From NCBI GenBank assembly GCA_964016885.1, contig OZ024747.1:30814001-30878000 (forward strand): a stretch of DNA of 64,000 nt, read 5' to 3'. The translations under genes were made by a program, and so were the position numbers. This DNA is from Eledone cirrhosa. Its lineage: Eukaryota. Of the stretch, positions 38,830 to 51,769 are shown one piece after another. Within the stretch, counting starts at the first letter, position 1. Each line of letters begins with the position of its first letter. The notes beneath the pieces were generated by a model. The model was not told where the DNA came from. It saw only the letters and a program-made list of their open reading frames with translations, and searched no databases.

Positions 38830-41374
38830 ACAAATGAGACATTTATATCTATGATAATATTGTTGCTGATAATTTGTTAATTTATTTGTGACCTTTGACT
38901 TTTTTGTTTCTGAAATTTTATCCACAGTGGAGATGGGAGCCCATAAATCATAATATTTGACACAATGTACCTCAAACAATATATATTTGATGGAAGAAGT
39001 GTGTGCAGATCTTAATTCGTTTTGAATCTTCATTAAATACACCCAACTGTCGTTCCTGCCATAATTTCAATCTAGCTAATTATCATTTCTTTTTTTATTT
39101 CAATCATTAATATCATTAATCAAATTTTTACATCTGTTTTTTTACTGCGAACAATACATTTATGGGTACTATCAAATTTGTTCCTTCCTAAACTATCAAT
39201 CATCTCTTTAGTTATCTATTTAGTGAAACCTACCTCCTACTTGAAGGTATAATGTAATACCACCTCCTTTGTTTTGCATAGAATTATTGCCACCACTTCT
39301 TCCAAAATGAGTATTCTTAGACACTTACACAAACAAACAAAAAACAAACCAAAAAGTAAATAAATGATATACTATTAATTACAAATCTTTACAGATGTTT
39401 TAAGAATTCTCTAAATACTAGCTCTTCATTTCATGCTTTTGACTTTTGCCAGAACTTCATTAAATATTCCACTTTCTAATTACAAGTTCACCTGGTTCAA
39501 GTTACATTAATTTGAATAATTATGAAGTAATTTAAAATTTTCTCGGTTAACTAGATTCAATTTATGTTATCTTGCTATGTTTTGAGTGCAAAGTATTATA
39601 CAGACTTTTTTCTTTCCTGTTTTTCTCCTACATACTACAGGTCAAGTTTTCTATGCTTTTTTGCTTTCATGGTTGTAGCTATGCTGGAGTATTTTAAATG
39701 AATATGTCTCAAGAATTAAGAATAAGATTTTTTTTCTTAGTAACAATTTGTTTTAAATACAGTGCAGTTTTAAATAAAAGGATACAGTGAAATACTGTAT
39801 ACAGAAGAACTCTAAGCAAAGATATTTAGCGATTAAAAGCTGGTTAAAGAAATAAGGTATAATTCTTTTGTTATTTTTATGGCTTCAGTCATTGAATTAA
39901 AGCCAGGATGGAGCACTATCTTCAAAGAGTTTAGTCAATTATATGACCTTCAATATTTACTGTTATTGTAAGTTAGAAAATGCCTAGTGAGAATTACCAT
40001 AAAGGGAGATAACCCAGCTAATTTTTGTTGGAATGTACTGACTCTTACTTTCTGTTGATATAAAAACACACATATATATATATATATGATTTGATTCCCA
40101 GTCATCATGAAATGTCTTATATCTGCATATACAAGCCTCAATGGCATAATTGATAAATGCTTTATCGCCCACAGTTTGTAAATCGACACACTTAGTGTTG
40201 AATTGATGTTCTTTTTTTCCTTTGATTGTATATTTTTGTATGTTATATTTATGAGGTTCCATGAATTCTTGTCATATATTTGTCCATGACATTGGAGATA
40301 TTGTTGATATATTGTCCCTCATTCATAGGACATGCTCTGTCAGCTGCACTTTTCTACTCTTGATGACAAGACTCAGGCATGTGGCGTTGGCTCTTTGAAA
40401 CATATCTTCATTTATTTTTTCTTGTTAACTAATGCCCAGGATCTTTCAGAAGCATTTTTGTTGGAAAGTATCGAGTTGTTAAATTGAAATATATTATAGA
40501 TAAAAATCTTGGTTTTTATATTGGCTCAAGGCCACAGATCATGTTGATTTCAGTACCAGATTGCTAATATATTTTATTGATCAGTGAAGAAATTATAAGT
40601 AAATACTACAAGATATTTTGTTTGATGCTTAAATATTCTTCTGATCCATTATCTTAATAATGTAGATGGAAATATTGTAAAAATTATTCCCTCGCTACAG
40701 ATGAGATTAATAGTGTCTAGGAAATGTTAGTTGTGTCTAGAAATTTAGCCATCAAAATCCCAACAATTCAAAAATTGCATATCATTTAAATAAATCAAGA
40801 CACTGTTACAATTATATCATAAAAGAGTCATCTTTGTATGAATGTGTGCATGTATATATTTATATGTGTGTGTGTGTGTGTCTGTATCTAATACATAAAG
40901 TGAAAGTTGTAGACTTCAATGACAAAAATAAAAAAAAAGGTACTTTAGTAATTAAGCGCCTTGAGATACTTGCTCTGCATTGAGTTACAGACAATCCCTC
41001 ATCACTCTCACTATCAGAATATACAGTGAACTAATGACATAACCATTTAAAACCTGTGGCTAATAATGCCATTATTTACCAATTTTGCTTAAAATAGAAA
41101 TTAGACCAATGAATATATCCCAGAAACCACAAAGATTAGCATTGATGTATAGATTCCCTGCATTTCTTTTTTAATGCTATGCTTTTATCCAATTATATAT
41201 GGATAAAATGACATATGTAAACTAAAATCTTTGTTACAACATACAAACTGGGTATAGCTTAACCTTTTTCATATAAACCCGTTCAAAACTGCCTCAGTTC
41301 TGACAAAATAAAACTGGTAGTTTTGTCAGCTGGGACTTAAAAACAACCTCTCTATTTAACACTATAGCATTCAG

Positions 41375-41835
41375 TAATCAGAAGGTGTAAAAGCCAAACT
41401 TGCTATCTTCAATTCAGTATTCATGCCAACCCTTACCTATGGTCATGAATCTTGGGTAATGACTGAAAGAATAGGATCATGAATACATGGCTGAAATGGG
41501 GTTTCTCCAAAGGGTCTTTGGAGTAATATTACTCACTAGGGTGCAGAGCACTGAGATCAGAGAATCACAGCTCTGGTATTATGGGCATGTGATTAGAATG
41601 TTTCAGGAAAGAATTGTTGCAGAGATTTTATGGGCAAAGCCAATCAGCATGGACCCAGAGGTAGACCCTGAGCAAGATGGTTGGATAGCATCCATCAGCT
41701 TGGCTGGTCTCAGTTGGGGATTCAGCTGAATCATTAGGAAACAATTACTTCTGACAGGACCCACAGGAAGGAGTGCTTGAAAACTCTTCCCCCCCCCCCC
41801 CATGACCCTCTCTGGAATAAGTGGGTGAAGAAGAA
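41375..41835 (+). mobile_element. Decayed RTE LINE 3' fragment (different family)
   Basis: KAKLAIFNSVFMPTLTYGHESW..AEMGFL..QLWYYGHVIRM. Confidence 0.75.
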
Positions 41836-42309
41836 AAAGGAGAGGATAAAGACTGAAAATATGAAAAAAAATTCGCCATCAGTAAACCGCTGATACACAT
41901 CCCACTGATAATATCACATAGCAGTTCCGAAAAAAAGAAATATACAAAAAATAAAAAACAAACAAACAAGGAATAAGAAAAAAATCTTTTGTTGCAATAC
42001 ATTGATTTTCACACTTCAGCTATTTAACATCAGGGAGACAGGACATGAAAAATCATCTTCACTATTGATCTCTTCTCCCCTGAGTCCAATAACTAACATC
42101 AGAAACCAAAGGTGACAGTAAGGCTATTATTGATATTTTATAGCAATAAAAATAAAACAACCTTTCAATGTTATGGTCTTATATAGGTAATACATTGAGT
42201 TGAAGAAGATTGATTAACTGAGATAATCCATGTAATTAGTAGAATAACACTCCATCTATGTGTGATTAACTCTAAATATCCTGTTGAGAAATGAAGTGGG
42301 TATACTGTG

Positions 42310-42340
<31 letters not shown>

Positions 42341-42348
<8 letters not shown>

Positions 42349-42475
42349 ATACTTTGGGTGGGTCATGTTACCAATAAGAAACACACGCGCCAGTTGCTTT
42401 CACAAAGTATAACAATATCGGTTTCAACACACGTTTTCAGATAAAGAATCTTGCTAAACAAATTCAGAAACGAAA
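42341..42475 (+). mobile_element. 5'-inverted stub of the PLE at 50322-51602
   Basis: 42403-42475 matches 51530-51602; 42341-42403 is the reverse complement of ~51483-51545; inside (TA)n. Confidence 0.88.
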
Positions 42476-42499
42476 TATATATATATATATATATACATA

Positions 42500-43288
42500 C
42501 TTAAGCAATTGGAGCGTTTCCATCAGATGTGTCTCAGACGGATCCATGGCGTTCACTGGAGGGACCACATCAGTGATGTCGAGATTTTGGAAAGCTCTAT
42601 GTATGACAGTATAGAAGCTCTTGTGCTTAAGCAACGACTCCGTTGGAGTGGTCACCTTCCAAGATGAAGGATTCTAGAATACCAAAACAAATCTTTTATG
42701 GAGAGTTAGTTAAAGGAAAACGACCGCCACATAAACCAAAAAAGAGGTATAAGGATTCCTTGAAAGCCTCTTCGAAAGACGCTAACATTTCCGCTGATAA
42801 ATGGGAAAATGTTGCTGCTGATCGTAATAAATGGAGAAAGACTGTATATGAGGGGAAAGTTGCCTTTGAGGCATCTCGAATCGCATACGAGAAAGTAAAG
42901 TGGGATGTGAGGAAGGGCATTGCTGTTGCACTTCCAGACGGCGAGGGTCCTCCTATGGTGCTGACATGCAGCGTCTGTGCGAGACTCTGCCTAAGCAAAG
43001 CTGGGCTCGAAAGTCATCTTCGCAGCGCTGTTAGTTGCTATCATGTGTGTGTATAGATATGTTTATGTGTGTGCGTGTGTGTGTATATATATATCTATAT
43101 GTATATTATTATTGTTGTTGTTGTCGTTATTATTATTGTTGTTATTATTATTATTATTGTTAATATATGTGTATGTATATGTATGTGTATGTATATGTAT
43201 ATATGTATGTATGTGTGTGTATATATATATATATATTTTTTTTTTTCTCGTGCAATGGCCATACTCAATAACGAGGGGGCAGCCATCA
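42500..43288 (+). mobile_element. RTE (BovB-like) LINE 3' end with microsatellite expansion
   Basis: QLERFHQMCLR..RLRWSGH..RIPKQIFYGEL..CSVCAR.CLSKAGLESH. Confidence 0.85.
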
Positions 43289-43518
43289 TATATATATAAT
43301 AAGAAAATGGTATGTAATGAATGAGATTACGACAGTGGTTCCGTGAAATCACGTGGTCACTGTCGTCATTGAAATATGAATCACAGCCTTATCAATAAAG
43401 GACTTCAACATCTGTAACTACTTCGCATTTCCTTATTCTAAATATACGCCGTCATTCCTATTTGGAAAAACTATGGTATGTAGAGTTTACTGTAAGTATA
43501 TATATATATATATATATA

Positions 43519-45747
43519 CAGTGGCGTAGCTAGGGTAAACGCCGCCCAGGGCAAGCATCAAAATCGCCCCCCCCCCCCCAATAAAAAAGTCAAGATCCAC
43601 AAAGACGAAATTGCGGTAGAATTTATAATAAAAAAGCAAATAACGGTTACAACTTGATTTTTCGGGCTTTTAATGAGGCAAACTGGTTGATAATTTCTTC
43701 AAAATCAGTTCGTTCAAACTCTTCGATTTCTACACTCAAAAGGGCGAGGTCAGTCAGCCGTTTGCAAATACGAATGTATTAGCTTCAGCTTGCTGAACGA
43801 CCTCTCGTAACTGGTAATTGAAATAGAAATCGTAAACATTATTTGAATGCTGATTCGCAAATTGGGAAAAACACATTCATCACCGTATTGTATGATGAAT
43901 TGGAGAAGTTCCTCATTCTTTAAAAATGGGTCAGCTGTCCTAGTAGCTAGCAAAGATCGGCAGTCCAAGATTTCCTCATACAATTGCTCTCCATCGATGT
44001 CAGAGTTGTATAGTTCCGCAAGACTGTTGCACCTTTGTTTAAGGACAAGGTTATCAGGAGCAGCCAAATAAAACAGATAGTTGACATCAAGAAGAAAGCC
44101 AAAACTTGAGTCGGTTTCCTTAAGTTGAATAAACTGTTCTTCCATTTCTGTTTGTAGATGATTGAGTTAACTTTGCATTGCTCTCTCTATCTCTTTTCTG
44201 GCAGCCACCTCGACGTCCTCAGTAATTTCTGTATTGGTTTGTCATCTTCCTCGCCTCCTCGGAAAATCGACATTCCATTTCTGGCAGAGGTCGAAGCCCA
44301 TTTCAAGAGACTCGTGGATTAAAGATGTTCCTTCTTCTTTAAAATAAAGTTGAAGGACTCCTATATCAGCTGCAGCATCGTGAAAATTCATTCTTGGATC
44401 TTGAAGTCTCTTTTGAACCCGGTCAATTTGTGAGAGAATCGTGTTCCAGAATCCAATCAAGTTCAGGAATTCATAACTCAGTATCCGATTATGGAGATTA
44501 CTGGCATCACTTCTATTCTCGCATGTCTCTGTTTCATCATCACTAATTTTTTCGATAACTTGAACAATCAGCATCAAATAATTCACCACCGGTCTGACTG
44601 CGGTACATCTAGCACTCCACCGCGTGTCGGAAGGATATTTAACAACCACTGGAGCAACTTCTTTAAGGGCTTCCCATCGTCGTGTTGAATGAGAAAAAAA
44701 GTTGTATAACGAGTCAATGCAACTGAAAAAGTTCATCATAGCAGAATCGTTTTTGGCTGCATGAAGACCACCCAGATTAAGTGAATGGTTATCGCAATTA
44801 ACGAAGTGAATCAAATTATTATTCTTTCTGAACCCCATTGCGGTGCCCAGCCACTATGGCAGCATTGTCGTAGCACTGCGAGCGACAGTTCTGCAGTGGT
44901 AGGTCATCTTTTTCTAGCTCTTTCACAATTGTTTCAACAAGGCTTGCGGCATATTTTTTGATTACTTGAATGAATCCAAGAAAAGGTTCCCTCACAACGA
45001 CCGTCTTCATATTGAAACCAACATCGACATATCGCACAACTTTTGACAGTTGTTCTCGGTGCGCCTTGTCAGGGGTCGAATCATTTAGCAGGCCATAGTA
45101 TCTTGCTTTTGGATACGATTTAGTAAATTCTGACGAACTGTATTATAGAAGAAAACATTGAATCATCTAAACTGGAGTCAAATTGAATTCCTAATAGAAG
45201 CTATCCGATCCTATCTGGCCATTTGGATTATGATACCTTTTCTATACGTCTTATGTACCAGTTGTAAAAGACAACCTACTCTGTTTTGTAAACCAGCTTC
45301 ATAATTATAATTATCTTGTTTTAGTCATTGCAATGCATTGCTAAAACTAGCGCCTGCGTGTCCACCAGTTGCACGTCCAAAACTATGTCTCTTCAGTCAG
45401 TGTGTGTGGGGGGCGGGGGGCGGTTTTGTGAGGTCAAGTGAGGTATCCGCTGTTTTGCAATGTATAGCTAAAAATAGCGCCAGCATAATTGCAACCCACC
45501 CTGCTGTCAGTGTGTGTGTGTGGGGGGGGGGGGGGGGCGTTTTTGTGAAGTCAAATCAGATATGCTCTGTCTAGTGCACTAGACATGGCATGGAAGCTGG
45601 GTATCAAGAAATCACATGCTTCATTTTTGGCTTATATTTTTTTAAATGATAAAAACGACGGATGTAAATCGATCTAGGTCGAAATTGCGCCCCCCTAAAT
45701 ATGGCGCCTGTGGCATGTGCCCTCCTTGCCACACCCTAGCTACGCCA

Positions 45748-45750
<3 letters not shown>
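43519..45750 (-). mobile_element. hAT DNA transposon, internally deleted
   Basis: Perfect 18-bp TIRs cagtggcgtagctagggt / accctagctacgccactg in (TA)n, compatible with an 8-bp TATATATA TSD. Confidence 0.93.
43650..45140 (-). pseudogene. hAT transposase (ZMYM1-like / Tip100-like), N-terminus missing
   Basis: QCYDNAA, HFVNCDNHSLNL, DTRWS, ERSFSKLKLI (hAT dimerisation motif). Confidence 0.9.
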
Positions 45751-45783
<33 letters not shown>

Positions 45784-45786
45784 TTA

Positions 45787-46012
45787 TTTATTAAAATAAC
45801 AGATTAAAGTTTAAGCAAAGAATTGCTGCTTTCATCCTTAACAGGATCTTCAGAAGAGTAGCTAGAGGAAATAATTAAGGGTGAAAGCAGCGATTCTTTG
45901 CTTAAACTTTAATCTGTTATTTTAATAAATATTTGCTCTAGGGTTCTTATATATTTGATATATATTTATCCTTATCGAGCCCTCTTTGGATTTTAGTCTT
46001 CACATTTTCATA
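45787..46012. mobile_element. Foldback stub of the HHR-like element family
   Basis: Arms ~45787-45841 and ~45876-45929; the minus strand contains CTGAAGA-tcct gtta agga t-GAAA. Confidence 0.75.
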
Positions 46013-46033
46013 GCAGGGAAAAGTGGACGTAAA

Positions 46034-46065
<32 letters not shown>

Positions 46066-47356
46066 ATATATATATATATATATAGCTGAGAGCCTATTTT
46101 GTGTCCACTCTGGGTATCTGATAAAGTAGTTCATGTGTTATATAGTTATATATTGTACAACAAGTTCTTTCTTCAATGTTTCCTCTGGGTTAGTCAGAGG
46201 TGGAAGGGCAGTGCCCAAGATCTTTTTCAGGGTCTCTGAGAGTAGCTAGAGGAAATAATTAAGAGACCCTCTAACTGAAGACCTGTCTAGAATGCTAGCA
46301 ACTGAGTGTACTTGGGTACATATACCTAAGAGATGGGTGGTAGTGTCAAAGCAATCAATGGTTTAAGTATACTACCCCCAAAACAGTGAAAAACTGTAAA
46401 AAATTGTAACTCCACCCCGCCCCATCCTAAAAAAATCTTTATCTATGATCATTGAAGGTATTTGATAAATTCAATGAATTTGGCTATGAACTTGTACATT
46501 AAAAATGTTTACTTCATGAGACACTAAACAAGAATAGTATGCTATAATAAAAATCATTAGAATTTTTCAAATATAAAAGAAATGTGGGTATTTATTTTTG
46601 ATTTATTATTTCTTCAAGCTCAGATAGAATAATCAAATACTTTCACAATTAAATTTGATTAGTATCAAACTTGATTCAAACGAACCTGATGGTGGTTTCG
46701 CTATAAATAGCAAACTTATATTGAAACATGAAATCTGCCTTCATTAAAAAATTCAAATAAATGAATATACACAACCATGTAAAGAAGGTCTTTAGCAACA
46801 TCCGATTAAAATAAAACATTTATAATGTTCTAAGACATGTATAACATATTTCATATGAAATATAATGGTTTGGAGGAGGGAAAAGTCGATTAAATTGATC
46901 CCCAGTGTGTTACTGGTACATCATATTATCGATCCTGTGAGGATGAAAGGCCAAGCTCACCTCACTGGAATTTATAAAGGGATGTCACTATCTGTCACAA
47001 AAGGTTGTCTGACAATCTACCAATACTATTGACCCACTACCCTACCCTCTTTTATATCTTAGGATTTAGGCACAGGGTTAGGAATTCTTGGGAAAAGAAA
47101 ATTTAATTAAATCAACTACAATACATTACTGGTACTTCATTCCATTTTATCGACCCTATATGAGTAATAGGTGAAGCTAACCTTGCTGGGATTTCAGTCA
47201 GAATGTAAGGAGACATAACACTATATCGCAAAGGATCTTGTCCAACACTCCACCGATACTGACAATCTACTGCCCTCTTATATAAACATAACATAATAAA
47301 TTCTAAAATGATTTATGGATATATATGTATCTCCATATATATATACATATATCCAC

Positions 47357-47387
<31 letters not shown>

Positions 47388-47389
<2 letters not shown>

Positions 47390-47559
47390 CCATATACCCT
47401 GGTGCCGAAGATACTTCATCCTTGAGGACACACTCTAATTTTGACAACCAAAAATTTGAAAAAAAATAATAAACAACCTTTGGCCTCCAGCATGCATGGT
47501 AGATTTTTGGGACTTATTTTAGGTAAAAAGTAACATCTTCGATGCTGGAAAATATGGTA
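47388..47559. mobile_element. pogo/Tigger-like MITE
   Basis: Imperfect TIRs taccatat...cgaagat at both ends, TA-flanked. Confidence 0.6.
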
Positions 47560-47569
47560 TATATATATG

Positions 47570-48268
47570 TCTAACTAAGAATATAGATTTTATATGTGGC
47601 CGGTACTCTGGTTCAATAAGTAGCAGCAAATGCCCACAGATACTAGCTCATTCCATTGCCCAGTTGGTTCTATAGAAATAGTGGACACCTTCCGTTACCT
47701 GGGTGACAAAATCAGCAGTGGTGGAGGGCGCTCTGAAAGTACTGTAGCTAGAGTCCGAACGGGATGGAAAAAGTTCAGAGAGCTTATACTACTATTGGCC
47801 GCTAAAGGTTTCTCTCTAAAAATAAAAGGCAGGCTGTATGATGCCTGCATACGAACAGCGATGTTACATGGCAGTGAGACATGGGCCGTGTGTGCAGAGC
47901 ATCTACGCAGACTGGAGAGGAACGAAGCTTGCATGCTCCGTTGGATGTGTAATAGTAATATACGCAAACAACAAAGCATAAATGAACTAAGTGAGAAATT
48001 AGGAATAAGAGGTATCAGATGCTGTTTACTCGAGAGAAGACTACGTTGGTATGGTCATGTGATGTGCATGGATGATGACAGCTGTATAAAAAAGTGCAGG
48101 GCGATCAAAATAGACGGTAGCTACAGAATAGGCAGACCGAGAAAAACCTAGGACGACTTGATAAAATCCAACCTCACACACATACACCTCTCCAAGACAA
48201 TGTCACTGGACTGAGATCTTTGGCGCCACGTAGTAATATAGAAGACCCGCCTTGCCTAAGTACAAAGT
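47570..48268 (+). mobile_element. RTE LINE fragment, close relative of 6897-7600
   Basis: ORF 47630-48151 is nearly collinear with the 6897-7676 protein. Confidence 0.9.
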
Positions 48269-48270
48269 GA

Positions 48271-48495
48271 GGATAATTATGTCATTATGTGGAGTGATGA
48301 GAACAATTACACGCAAAGACAAAATGAAGTTTATGGTATAAATGGAGTCATTAAACTAAAATTTTATTTAGAATAACCGAAGGAATCGCAGCTCCTGAGT
48401 TTAAGAATAAAGTAAATAAAGTTGTTAAATGAAAATGACAGAGGTTATTAAAATAGTAGTTAAGCATGAAAATGTGCCGACGCGTACATATGCAT
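48271..48495 (-). mobile_element. Fragment of the non-coding element seen at 60226-61362, without the retrozyme insert
   Basis: Reverse complement aligns to 60226-60318 and then to 61090-61188. Confidence 0.8.
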
Positions 48496-48631
48496 ACATA
48501 TATACACAGAGACCCAAATATACATACATATATATATATACATATATATATATACATATATACATATATATATATACATATATATATACTAAATACTGAT
48601 AGATTACTAAATGAGGAGAATGCATGGGAAG

Positions 48632-50189
48632 AAGAGACCCTATAGAGGGGCCAGCAGTACAATCAGCAGCAGCGTAGTAAGTAAGGCAATCAAAGACATG
48701 AAGATGGGGAAGGCAACCGGTCCATCGGGTATAGCTGCCGAGATACTGAAGGCATCTGGGTCTGTAGGCCACACTATAACCACACGTATTGTTAACCAGG
48801 TAATACTAGAAGGTGTCATACCAAAAGATTGGTGCAGTAGCATCATTGTCAACTGCTACAAAGGTAAAGGTGATTCACTCGATTTAGGAAACTATAGAGG
48901 TATAAAGCTGATGGACCAGGTCATGAAAGTAACAGAAAGAGTTATAGAACAGTTGATTAGGGACCAGGTGAAACTGGATGAGATAAAATTTGGGTTTGTA
49001 CCAGGAACAGGCACCACTGATGCCCTCTTCTTTGTGAGGCAGTTACAGGAAAAGTACCTAGCTAAAATAAGCCACTCTACCTGGCATTCATCGATCTTGA
49101 GAAAGCCAGGGAAATGGCCTTGCTCAGTATGTAGGAAAGGTGTAGGTAGGAACTCCATTCTCTGCCCCAAATGCAAACAATGGGTACACAAGAGATGTAG
49201 CGGGATCTCAGGAAGCGTAATTAAGAATGTAGGCTTCACATGCAGCAGCTGTGCTGGGACAGCAAGCAGCAAACAGCCACAGGAAACAAGTACCACCAAT
49301 CTCTGGGAGGGCTCTGTAGAGACAGTAGACAGCTTCTGCTACCTAGGTGACCGAATTAGCAGCAGAGGTGGGTGTTCAGAAAGTACAATAACTAGGGTAA
49401 GAACGGGATGGAAGAAGTTCAGGGAACTACTGCCACTGCTAGCTGCAAAAGGCTTCTCCCTCAAAATGAAAGGCAGACTGTATGATGCGTGTATCCGAAC
49501 AGCAATGTTAAGTGAAACCTGGGCGCTGAAGGTGGAAGACTTACGTAGATTAGAGAGAAACGAAGCCTGCATGCTCCGATGGATGTGTAATAATAATATA
49601 CGCGAACGACAAAGCATAAATGAATTGAGAGAGACTGAGCATAAGAGGAATCAAATGCTGTATGCAGGAGAGGCGGTTGCGTTGCTATGAACATGTGATG
49701 CGTATGAAGGATGACAGCTGCATGAAAAGGTGCAGAGCACTAGAAGTCAATGGAAACCGCGGAGTGGGGAGACCCAAGAAGACCTGGGATGAGGTGTTAA
49801 AAGCCGACCTTACCCAATTACACCTCTCAAAGGCGATGAAACACGACTGTGACCTCTGGCGTCACGCAGTAATACAGAGTAGCCGACCTTCCATGGGTAC
49901 AAGCTGAAGCATATAGACAATATGCCCCCACACCCTGGAGGTGCCACGGCAAAAAAGCACCCAGCTCACACTGTAAAGTGGACGTGTAGGCGCCATGAAA
50001 AAGAACCCAGCACTCACTGTAAATGAGGTTGGTGTTAGGAAGGGTATCCAGCTGTAGAAATCAAGCCAAATCAGTTCCTGTATGAGCAAGGCATGGTCAG
50101 CCGACACTGCCCACAACAGGACAACCCGTCTAACCCATGCTAGCATGGAAGAACGGACGTAAAACGGTGATGATGATGATGATGATGAT
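48632..50189 (+). mobile_element. RTE LINE with the RT core deleted and a complete 3' end
   Basis: GKATGP, NYRGIKL, FGFVPG, DLEKA fused to PGKWPC; (GAT)n tail. Confidence 0.92.
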
Positions 50190-50218
50190 ATATATATATA
50201 TATATACATATACATACA

Positions 50219-50250
<32 letters not shown>

Positions 50251-50290
50251 CATACATATACACACATATACATCCATATACATACCTACA

Positions 50291-50321
<31 letters not shown>

Positions 50322-50324
<3 letters not shown>

Positions 50325-51602
50325 CATGTGCAACCCCAAAGAACTAGAGAGACACATACAACACTTCATCCACCGTATGCAGTTCTCTGGTTACAATCAG
50401 AGAAATAAAATCAGAGTATATAGAGGAGCCAGAACCAAATGGGAAAAAATGGTAAATAATGACACGAATGGGACCTGCCCCTTGTATAGGAGCAAATTTT
50501 GAAATAGAATAGAAAGAACTAGGAATAAGGCTAATAGAATAAACTCATGGTATGATAGCAATAAATACCAGAGTGTAATGTTCATCGATACAACTCCTAG
50601 AGGTGAATTAGCTAACAAATTTAGAAGGGCCCTAGATAAACATAAACTCAATATTAAGATAGTAGAATGACCAGGTACCTCCATAAAAACACTTATTAGC
50701 AATACATACCCTTTTCAAAGACCTCCCTGTATATATAAGAAATGTATATTCTGTAAATTAAGCTCCCATATTAACTGTAAAACTAGAAGTGTAGTATATA
50801 GCATAAGATGTACTGAAGGATAATGTCATGATAATGTAGAGATAAAAAGGATAATGTGATCATAATGTAGAGATAAAAATATAGTGTACATAGGTGAGAC
50901 AGCTCGTAGTATAGGGGAACGGATAAATGAACACTGGCGAGACCTTCAAGATAGTAAAGAATCATCTGTACTCTACCAACATGCTAAAATAGAACATAAG
51001 GGTAAATTAGAGAACATAGAAATAAAAATAGAATCTACACACAGAAAAGGCGCAATGTTTAGACAAATCACAGAGGCAATAAACATAAATGAACTCCAAC
51101 CAAAATTAAATAGAAAACATGAGTGGAACAGCAACATCACAACTTACAATTAAGGACAAAATGAAAACACACACACGCACATAGAACAAACAACCAACCA
51201 GTAACATGTAAATAAACAAATAAGTAAACGAATATAAACACACACAGACACCCAGATGTAACAAACTAAGCACACAACACACACACAAAAACAAGATGGC
51301 GTAGGACAGAACAAAGGAGAAGCACAAAAACAAAGAAAAGAATCCCCAGTCACTGAAGAGGTCACATAATGTGTGACGAAAGAACTTTGACAACATATAA
51401 ACAATCATCTGGTTGTGGAACCAACCAACCAACCGGAAATTTATAAATTCCTAAATTTATAAATTTATTATAATAAATTGAAGTGAAAGCAACTGGTGTG
51501 TGTGTTTCTTATTGGCAACATGACCCTCCCAAAGTATAACAATATCGGTTTCAACACACGTTTTCAGATAAAGAATCTTGCTAAACAAATTCAGAAACGA
51601 AA
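50322..51602 (+). mobile_element. Penelope-like element 3' part (thumb, GIY-YIG endonuclease, HHR-bearing 3' end)
   Basis: TRSVVYSIRC..YIGETARSIGERINEH..S.LYQH..H..RQITEA.NI....PKLN; (TA)n on both sides. Confidence 0.88.
51349..51391 (+). ncRNA. Minimal hammerhead motif
   Basis: gtca-CTGAAGA-g gtcacat aat gtgtgac-GAAA-gaac-TT-tgac. Confidence 0.7.
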
Positions 51603-51769
51603 TATATATATATGCATATATATATATATGCGCATATATATGCGTGTATGTGTATGTGTACATGTATATGTTCATTTCATTTTGTATGTATATTATTATG
51701 TATATTATTTGTATGTATATTATTTTGTATGTATATTATTATAGCTCATATAGAATAGAGATAGAATAG

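Noticed and set aside
39950-40520. Minus-strand coding remnant, possibly an ancient PLE endonuclease
   Set aside because: No intact diagnostic motif; too decayed to support
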